Shown here: in pieces, positions 8,577-13,866 of the stretch
How positions within the stretch are numbered: the stretch's first letter is position 1
Layout: every line of letters begins with the position of its first letter
Assembly (NCBI GenBank): GCA_030917625.1
Contig: JAUPUJ010000001.1
Location: 1-35,170, forward strand
Direction of reading: 5' to 3'
DNA from: Patescibacteria group bacterium
Lineage (GTDB): Bacteria > Patescibacteriota > Minisyncoccia > Phycocordibacterales > XYD1-FULL-46-19
DNA length: 35,170 nt
The notes under the pieces: model-generated
Database searches by the model: none
What the model saw: the letters and a program-made list of their open reading frames with translations, nothing else
Told to the model about the DNA's origin: nothing
Translations under genes and position numbers: made by a program

Positions 8577-9257
8577 TTAAATAACGTAACGCCCTTCTTT
8601 ATCATCGCGCACCAAACGCCCTTTTTCTAAAGTGATAACTCTTTTGCCTAATTTATCAATCACTCCTTTATTATGTGTAGTTAAAATAACTGTTGTGCCG
8701 ATTTCATTAATTTTTTTCAACACTTCCATAATTTCATGAGTAGTTAGTGGATCAAGATTACCAGTTGGCTCATCGGCAATAATTAGATCTGGTTGATTAA
8801 CCAACGCTCTCGCAATAGCTACTCGTTGGCGCTCACCACCAGAAAGTTCAAACGGAAAATGAAATTCTTTGTCCGACAGCCCCACCAAATCTAAAACATG
8901 GGGTACATCTAGAGCGATCTCTTCGTCATCACGCCCAGCGGCTTCCATCGTAAAAGCAATATTTTCATAAGTAGTTTTATTTGGTAGTAATTTAAAATCT
9001 TGAAACACACTCCCAATACGACGTCGTAATTCCGGCACATATTTATTTTTCAACGAGTGAACATCGACGCCTTCAAAGAAAACATTACCTTTGGTTGGTT
9101 TGTCTTCGGCAATTAAAAGTTTTAACAAGGTTGATTTGCCTGCTCCCGAGTGACCAACAATCGAGACAAATTCTCCTGGCTCTACTGAAAAAGACACGTC
9201 TTCTAAGGCGTGACATTTGTCAAAGTACACTTTACTAACTTTATCGAAATGAATCAT
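8577..9257 (-). CDS. ftsE: cell-division ATP-binding protein FtsE
   Basis: 226 aa. Walker A GHSGAGKST, signature LSGGERQRVAIARA, Walker B LIIADEPTGNLD. Paired with ftsX. Confidence 0.9.
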   Translation of the reverse strand: MIHFDKVSKVYFDKCHALEDVSFSVEPGEFVSIVGHSGAGKSTLLKLLIAEDKPTKGNVFFEGVDVHSLKNKYVPELRRRIGSVFQDFKLLPNKTTYENIAFTMEAAGRDDEEIALDVPHVLDLVGLSDKEFHFPFELSGGERQRVAIARALVNQPDLIIADEPTGNLDPLTTHEIMEVLKKINEIGTTVILTTHNKGVIDKLGKRVITLEKGRLVRDDKEGRYVI

Positions 9258-9267
9258 AAATAAATTT

Positions 9268-10143
9268 TTAAGATAATGTTTTTTCGGCTTCTAGAAAATT
9301 TTCTAAGTCGCCATCGAGCACACCGTCGACATCACTAGTTTCCACATCTGTCCTATGATCTTTCACCATCTTATATGGATGCAAAACATATGATCTAATT
9401 TGATTGCCCCATTCAATTTCTGTAGTTTTAGAAACATAGAGACCCGCTTCACTTTTTTTACGATCTTCTTCTTGCTTCTTATATATCTTACCCTCAAGTA
9501 AAGCTAGGGCCTTTCTACGATTAGCCTCTTGAGTTCTTTCAGAATCAGATTCTGCCACTAAACCAGTTGGTTTATGAACGATGCGAACTGAAGTTTCTCT
9601 TTTGTTAACATTTTGTCCACCAGGACCACTCGATCGAGTGAAGTCTATTTCCAAATCATCAGGCGGTATATTTATAGTTTGCGGTTTGGGAAATTCTGGT
9701 ATTACTTCCACCATTGAAAAAGATGTATGCCTCTGACCTTTAGCATTAAAGGGTGAGACGCGTACCAAACGGTGTACTCCAGATTCGTTTTTAAGTATAC
9801 CATATGCACCTTTGCCTTCAATCCCGATAGTCACATTCCTAAATCCACCATGATCATTTTTATTTTCATGTATAAATTTAATAGCTAAATTAGCCTTTTC
9901 GGCATATTTCATATACATTTCCAATAATATTCGAGAAAAATCTTCGGCATCGGTACCACCAGCGCCAGAAAAAATAGTCATAACAGCATTTAATTTATCA
10001 AAACTACCCACTGCTGACATGGAGGTTTTAAGATCATTATATTCTTTGACTATTTTTTGAGCATTGTCTTTATCTTGCCAAAAATCATTAGCATTCATCA
10101 GAACTTCAATCTCTTCTAATCTTTTTTTATTTTCTTCGGACAT
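9268..10143 (-). CDS. prfB: peptide chain release factor 2, compact form, no programmed frameshift
   Basis: 291 aa. The SPF tripeptide (RVSPFNAKGQRHTSF) identifies RF2. GGQ is present (SGPGGQNVNK). It is about 70 aa shorter than E. coli RF2, mostly in domain 1. The ATG lies 2 nt after the stop of the upstream gene. Confidence 0.9.
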   Translation of the reverse strand: MSEENKKRLEEIEVLMNANDFWQDKDNAQKIVKEYNDLKTSMSAVGSFDKLNAVMTIFSGAGGTDAEDFSRILLEMYMKYAEKANLAIKFIHENKNDHGGFRNVTIGIEGKGAYGILKNESGVHRLVRVSPFNAKGQRHTSFSMVEVIPEFPKPQTINIPPDDLEIDFTRSSGPGGQNVNKRETSVRIVHKPTGLVAESDSERTQEANRRKALALLEGKIYKKQEEDRKKSEAGLYVSKTTEIEWGNQIRSYVLHPYKMVKDHRTDVETSDVDGVLDGDLENFLEAEKTLS

Positions 10144-10145
10144 TT

Positions 10146-10790
10146 TTAAAATTCTTGTTCGTCTCCACTAACCATCGGAATAAAATTAATACCATATTGT
10201 TTCAAAACATTTTCTGGAACCTTATGCGCTCCCCCTATTTTATCTATCTGTAACATTCCATCATGAACCGGAAAAACTTTTTTGGGTTTTAGTTTTATTG
10301 CATACCGAATCGCATCACCAACTTTACACCATGGACCAGCTACGGGAAGAGCTAAAACTTCAATTTTTTTCTTAGGATCACAATAAGAATCACCAGGATA
10401 AAATAATTTATTATCAATAAAATAACCCGTATTTTGAACTTGGCCCACATTCTCAAATACTTCTTCATGATTACCATCAAAAGCCTCTATTAAAACTCCG
10501 AGGACTTCCTCTTTGTCCAACCCCTCTAATATTTCATATTTTATATTTAAACCATCAATAATTTTACCAACAGCTGTATTTGTAAAAATTCTTACTTGGG
10601 GATTATTTTTAATAATTTCTTTTAAAGACTCCACATGAATGTGATCATTATGTTCATGGGTAATCAAAACAATGTCTATATTTTTTATATTTTTATTATA
10701 TTCCGTAGTAAAAGAACCAGGATCTGTAAGAATAGTAATTTTTTCTAATTTTATAATCAAGCAACAATGGCCAATCTTTTTTATTTGCAT
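10146..10790 (-). CDS. MBL-fold metallo-hydrolase
   Basis: 214 aa with the HxHxDH motif (THEHNDHIH) plus downstream His/Asp ligands typical of the metallo-beta-lactamase fold. Confidence 0.8.
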   Translation of the reverse strand: MQIKKIGHCCLIIKLEKITILTDPGSFTTEYNKNIKNIDIVLITHEHNDHIHVESLKEIIKNNPQVRIFTNTAVGKIIDGLNIKYEILEGLDKEEVLGVLIEAFDGNHEEVFENVGQVQNTGYFIDNKLFYPGDSYCDPKKKIEVLALPVAGPWCKVGDAIRYAIKLKPKKVFPVHDGMLQIDKIGGAHKVPENVLKQYGINFIPMVSGDEQEF

Positions 10791-10834
10791 AAATAGTTAA
10801 AATTCAGTTCGCTAAATTAGCAAACGCTAATATG

Positions 10835-11100
10835 AGCCAATGATCGGAATCGAACCGATGACCTCTCCCTTCGTTTACACCTCTATTTCACTTAAAGCTT
10901 ATAAGAGGACTAGACTGTATCTTACGCATATTGGCAAAAACCAACTTAGCGCCCCTTGTCAGTCGTTCGGGCGAGAATGTCGCCACGGTCTTATCCTAAT
11001 TCTAGGACTTTAACCGTTATTCGGGATTCACTATTTCGTTTTCAAAATAATGGGCTATTCAATAACCATGGGAGTGCTCTACCGACTGAGCTACATTGGC
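10835..11100 (-). tRNA. tRNA-Thr(GGU) gene interrupted by a 193-nt intron between positions 36 and 37
   Basis: Minus strand exon 1 (11100-11065): GCCAATG-TA-GCTC-AGTCGGTA-GAGC-A-CTCCC-ATGGT. Exon 2 (10871-10835): AA-GGGAG-AGGTC-ATCGG-TTCGATT-CCGAT-CATTGGC-T. Joined, they give a canonical 73-nt cloverleaf with anticodon loop AUGGUAA. The D and anticodon arms resemble the usual bacterial tRNA-Thr(GGU) as I recall it. CCA is not encoded. Confidence 0.85.
10872..11064 (-). ncRNA. group I intron (minimal, IC3-like tRNA-type), no internal ORF
   Basis: Hand fold on the minus strand; i = intron position.
- P1: exon GGU + UAU / AUA-GCC, with a U.G wobble at the splice site.
- P2: CAUUAUUU/AAAUAGUG (i13-36).
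- P3: UCCC/GGGG.
- P4: ACGGU/ACCGU with A-rich J4/5 UAAAG and J5/4 UAAG.
- P5: UCCUA-GAAU-UAGGA.
- P6: GGCGA-CAUUC-UCGCC.
- P7: GACUG (10960-10964) / CAGUC (10913-10917).
- J8/7 + P7': AAGAUACAGUC, versus the group I S-element consensus AAGAUAUAGUC.
- P8: CGC..UUGGU-UUUU-GCCAA..GCG.
- P9: CCUCU/AGAGG.
- The last nucleotide is G (10872). Confidence 0.75.
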
Positions 11101-11120
11101 TACAAACTTAATTTGTATCA

Positions 11121-11738
11121 CTAATACAGTATACTAATATCTTCTACTGTCTTTTTCAAGGCATCATTAATCTCGTTTCTCAATTTAACATTATTGAAAT
11201 ACACAGTCACAACACCTTCTATATTTCTTACTCTATAAGTACCCCTTTTTTTAGATGGAGTAACTATGACTTTATAAAACTGATCCTTATTGACACAAAG
11301 GCACTTAGTCCAGTAAGCCAAACTTTTATTCTTATCCATAGAACTAAAGATTTGTAATCCAAATTTTAAATCTTTCTTATCAACCCCATAAACATGATTT
11401 AGAAATATTATAAATGTTTTTATTAACAAAGGATCTGAATTACCCAATCTAACAGAATATTTGTTTGCTTTTGTGCCTTCGCCCCAATATAAGCCGATAC
11501 CCATACCAAATAGAAAAAAGTCAGTTTTATCCACTAACTTTTTAACCTGAAAAGGATCTCCTTTTGGATTCAATTTTCTATACACTGCTTCTGATATAGA
11601 ACGTTTTGGTATTTTATATTTAATGAGCCAGTAATTTATTTTACTAACAGGCATATTTAATTGAGAAGCAATCTCTGATGCAGATTTTCCTTCTTTTAGA
11701 TAAATCTTATTTAATAACTGCTTACTAAGAATAACCAT
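11121..11738 (-). CDS. free-standing LAGLIDADG-family homing endonuclease/maturase-like protein with N-terminal HTH
   Basis: 205 aa. N-terminal helix-turn-helix (GKSASEIASQLNMPVSKINYWLIKY). A single LAGLIDADG-like motif (FLFGMGIGLYWGEGTK) is followed by a ~110-aa core of the size of one LAGLIDADG domain. The stop is 20 nt upstream of the tRNA-Thr 5' end on the same strand. Confidence 0.7.
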   Translation of the reverse strand: MVILSKQLLNKIYLKEGKSASEIASQLNMPVSKINYWLIKYKIPKRSISEAVYRKLNPKGDPFQVKKLVDKTDFFLFGMGIGLYWGEGTKANKYSVRLGNSDPLLIKTFIIFLNHVYGVDKKDLKFGLQIFSSMDKNKSLAYWTKCLCVNKDQFYKVIVTPSKKRGTYRVRNIEGVVTVYFNNVKLRNEINDALKKTVEDISILY

Positions 11739-11793
11739 ACACCTATATACTAATATAGATTAGGTCTTTAGTTAAATAAATTATCCACTTATA

Positions 11794-12063
11794 CTAAAGT
11801 TTATCATCTTTTTTCTGGCCCCATTGCCATCGTGGAGATTCGCCATATTTATAAGCAATTCTAATAAAACTAATAGTCAGAAGCATGGTTGGCAAAACAA
11901 AAAATAACCACCACTCTTTTTTGTCAGCGCCTTCGGCAACAGCACTCGCTAGAGAAGCTACCGCCACCACATAAATTAAAGTCACAATCCAACCAGAGAC
12001 AGTTGCAGGGTACCAACCCCAACCATAAATTTTTCTTTTAAACCAAATTTTTTTATTCTGCAT
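11794..12063 (-). CDS. small two-TM membrane protein
   Basis: 89 aa. YGWGWYPATVSGW is followed by two hydrophobic helices. Overlaps the upstream gene by 11 nt. Confidence 0.6.
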   Translation of the reverse strand: MQNKKIWFKRKIYGWGWYPATVSGWIVTLIYVVAVASLASAVAEGADKKEWWLFFVLPTMLLTISFIRIAYKYGESPRWQWGQKKDDKL

Positions 12064-12715
12064 AGTAAACAGTTTCTTCTAAAGAATCATTTTTTATTTC
12101 AAACGCAACAGTTTTTTCTATAGTCGGCTCAGCGGTCATTGGTTCATTTTCACCTCGAACCAAAAGAGTAGCTAAAATTTTTGGCTCGATATAATTATCA
12201 TCAACTAAAAGCGAATTCAAAAACACTCTATCACCTAAAAGAGTATCGCCTAATTGCTCCCACTTGCCATTATTTTCTTTATACAAAACTAGATAAAGAA
12301 AATTTCCTGTCCCGCCAGTACCAGCCACTATCGGAGCGACTAAATATTTAACTTCACCTAAATTTACTTCAACCGCATGAGAACTTAAGTAAACAATCAT
12401 CCCATCACCTCCCGCGCCTGAAAGTTTAAAATCTTTAACTCCTTTTTCTAAAGTGACAGTATCAAATAAACCTGGAATTCTAAACTCAGTTCCTATTAAT
12501 TGATCCCCTTCCTCAGCAATAGTAAAGGGATTAGTGCTGGTGGCCACAGAATCTATAATTGGCCCATCTGGTTCTTTATCCTTCATGAAAAAGGAAACCC
12601 CAGCCACAATAACTAGTAATAGCAGAATAAAGCCTGAAATGTAATATTTGTTCATATATTTGATTATAGCAAATTTTAAGTCTAAATTTCTACCACCAAT
12701 AGATTTTCCATACAA
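12053..12715 (-). CDS. hypothetical membrane-anchored exported protein
   Basis: 220-aa ORF. The likely real start is the Met at 12655 (MNKYYISGFILLLLVIVAGVSFF), because the first 20 codons overlap the terminator-like region. No recognised domain. Confidence 0.65.
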   Translation of the reverse strand: MYGKSIGGRNLDLKFAIIKYMNKYYISGFILLLLVIVAGVSFFMKDKEPDGPIIDSVATSTNPFTIAEEGDQLIGTEFRIPGLFDTVTLEKGVKDFKLSGAGGDGMIVYLSSHAVEVNLGEVKYLVAPIVAGTGGTGNFLYLVLYKENNGKWEQLGDTLLGDRVFLNSLLVDDNYIEPKILATLLVRGENEPMTAEPTIEKTVAFEIKNDSLEETVYYAE

Positions 12716-12716
12716 T

Positions 12717-12740
12717 CACACAAAAAGCCCCCATTGGGAC
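12717..12740 (-). terminator. terminator-like hairpin, degenerate copy of the 12881-12908 terminator
   Basis: Minus strand GUCCC-AAUG-GGGGC (5 bp including one G.U) followed by UUUUUGUGUG. It shares the 17-nt string CACACAAAAAGCCCCCA (12717-12733) with 12876-12892. Confidence 0.5.
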
Positions 12741-12875
12741 ATCCTTAAGTGGTTCGATCGGACTTTCGCCCTACGGTCGCGGGTACTTTTTAACTTCATA
12801 TCGCTTCTCTCATTCAGCAATAAAAAGTCTTTCAAGTCCGGACGAAACTGAAGCAGTTCAGTTTCTTCGACCTTG
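12741..12875 (-). ncRNA. candidate structured small RNA or leader of unknown class
   Basis: Non-coding ~135-nt spacer between two terminators. Contains a perfect 9-bp hairpin GAAACTGAA-CUGC-TTCAGTTTC (12844-12865), an 8-bp long-range pairing ACUUUUUA/UAAAAAGU and GGACUU/AAGUCC. No match to any RNA family I can recognise. Strand is uncertain. Confidence 0.3.
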
Positions 12876-12880
12876 CACAC

Positions 12881-12908
12881 AAAAAGCCCCCAAAGGGGGC
12901 TTTTGTTT
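12881..12908. terminator. bidirectional intrinsic terminator after tRNA-Asp
   Basis: AAAAA-GCCCCC-AAA-GGGGGC-TTTTGTTTTG. Perfect 6-bp GC stem with an A-run and a T-run on either side. Confidence 0.85.
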
Positions 12909-12910
12909 TG

Positions 12911-12984
12911 CGCGGTCGACCGGACTTGAACCGGCAACCTCCCGCGTGACAGGCGGGTGCTCTAACCAGTTGAGCTACGACCGC
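12911..12984 (-). tRNA. tRNA-Asp(GUC)
   Basis: Minus strand: GCGGTCG-TA-GCTC-AACTGGTTA-GAGC-A-CCCGC-CTGTCAC-GCGGG-AGGTT-GCCGG-TTCAAGT-CCGGT-CGACCGC-G. Canonical cloverleaf. CCA is not encoded. Confidence 0.92.
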
Positions 12985-13033
12985 AAACTTTTAGAGACAT
13001 CCTAGTCTAGCAAAACCAATCCAAAATGTCATG

Positions 13034-13106
13034 TGTCGAGGGTGGGGCTTGAACCCACGACCCCGGGCTTATGAGTCCCGTGCTCTACCAACTGAGCTAC
13101 CCCGAC
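13034..13106 (-). tRNA. tRNA with CAU anticodon, elongator type (Met, or Ile2 if lysidine-modified)
   Basis: Minus strand: GTCGGGG-TA-GCTC-AGTTGGTA-GAGC-A-CGGGA-CTCATAA-GCCCG-GGGTC-GTGGG-TTCAAGC-CCCAC-CCTCGAC-A. A paired G1-C72 and C11-G24 indicate a non-initiator. Confidence 0.85.
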
Positions 13107-13199
13107 AAAAACTTCACTACAAATTATGCATTTTCTGAGCTTTTTTGCAATGAAAAATATTGCACTAAACTTGAAATCATGGTAGTGTTTAGACACCTT

Positions 13200-13270
13200 A
13201 GCGGGATAGAGGAGAGGTACCTCGGGAGGCTCATAACCTCCAGACGCCGGTTCGATTCCGGCTCCCGCAA
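13200..13270 (+). tRNA. tRNA with CAU anticodon, probable initiator tRNA-fMet
   Basis: AGCGGGA-TA-GAGG-AGAGGTA-CCTC-G-GGAGG-CTCATAA-CCTCC-AGAC-GCCGG-TTCGATT-CCGGC-TCCCGCA-A. Position 1:72 is unpaired (A x A) and 11:24 is A:U, both bacterial initiator hallmarks. Only 2 of the 3 canonical G-C pairs at the base of the anticodon stem are present. Confidence 0.7.
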
Positions 13271-13281
13271 CAATGCATAAA

Positions 13282-13305
13282 ATACCACCTTACCGTGGTA
13301 TTTTT
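13282..13305. terminator. intrinsic terminator between the tRNA (plus) and CDS 13309-13863 (minus)
   Basis: ATACCAC-CTTACC-GTGGTAT is a 7-bp stem followed by TTTTTATTTT and preceded by AAA. Confidence 0.7.
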
Positions 13306-13308
13306 ATT

Positions 13309-13863
13309 TTAAATATATCCAAACTCTTTAAATACTTTTTCAAATAAAGTTAAAACTCTAACGGCTTCTTTATGAGATAATTCAAAACTACTTTCATGAG
13401 CAATTTGATTTCTAACTTTGTGAGCCTCCCAAGCTTCATTTAGAGTATTAAAATCACTTGGTTCTATTGTCTTTAATCGCTCCCCCAAATTCTCTCCCTT
13501 ATAACCCATACCCAAGATCATAGAATCTAGCAAAGTATCAGCCTCCAAAATAGCTAGTTTCCAATCGGAAGGGTTGGTTGAATTTAAATAGTTAGTAATC
13601 TTTTTCCACACCAACTCTTCCCTCGTCTCGGTTTCAGTAATACTTTTAACTACAGATTTTTCTAATTCTTTAGTCTTTAAAGTAATTAATTTCTCTCTTT
13701 TCAGCCAAATCATAACAATAAAAACTATGAGCAAAATACTAAAAGACAACCAGATTACATTAAACCAAAAAATTACATAATGAGGAATAGTAAAATTTAA
13801 AACCATTTGAAACCAGTCATAAATTTTGTAATAAATATAAACAGGATTAACGTAATAAGACAT
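13309..13863 (-). CDS. hypothetical membrane protein (2 TM + soluble helical C-terminal domain)
   Basis: 184-aa ORF with two N-terminal hydrophobic helices. The C-terminal domain has no motif I recognise. It occupies the position where gatB would usually follow gatA. Confidence 0.65.
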   Translation of the reverse strand: MSYYVNPVYIYYKIYDWFQMVLNFTIPHYVIFWFNVIWLSFSILLIVFIVMIWLKREKLITLKTKELEKSVVKSITETETREELVWKKITNYLNSTNPSDWKLAILEADTLLDSMILGMGYKGENLGERLKTIEPSDFNTLNEAWEAHKVRNQIAHESSFELSHKEAVRVLTLFEKVFKEFGYI

Positions 13864-13866
13864 ATT

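Noticed and set aside
10100-10200. Search for the canonical prfB +1 frameshift site (CUU UGA C) and an upstream short exon
   Set aside because: None is present. The upstream MBL-fold gene ends 2 nt before the prfB ATG, and the prfB frame hits TAG 9 codons upstream of that ATG.
12755-12771. GGGCGAAAGUCCGAUCG on the minus strand resembles the RNase P RNA CR-I motif (GAGGAAAGUCCGGGC)
   Set aside because: Only ~135 nt of non-coding space is available, and the downstream sequence is a convincing protein ORF. No CR-IV/CR-V partner is present, so this cannot be rnpB.
12741-12875. T-box leader idea (AGAGA-like and GUACC-GCG-like strings) and SRP RNA idea (GUCCGGA heptamer)
   Set aside because: There is no UGGN tRNA-acceptor-pairing bulge and no specifier-loop architecture. 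It is too short for a T-box and the downstream gene is not an aaRS or transporter. There is no GNAR tetraloop or AGCA/GGAA symmetric loop as in SRP domain IV.
12717-12892. Two copies of a 17-nt repeat 159 nt apart: could this be a CRISPR or a mini-array?
   Set aside because: There are only two copies. Both are terminator hairpin cores with A/T runs, and there are no cas genes. It is treated instead as a duplicated terminator bracketing a spacer (see findings).
12716-12937. 73-aa minus-strand ORF
   Set aside because: It runs through two terminator hairpins and into the tRNA-Asp gene, so it is not a plausible CDS.
13071-13280. 69-aa plus-strand ORF
   Set aside because: It starts inside the minus-strand CAU tRNA and reads through the plus-strand CAU tRNA. 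It is an artefact of the tRNA cluster.
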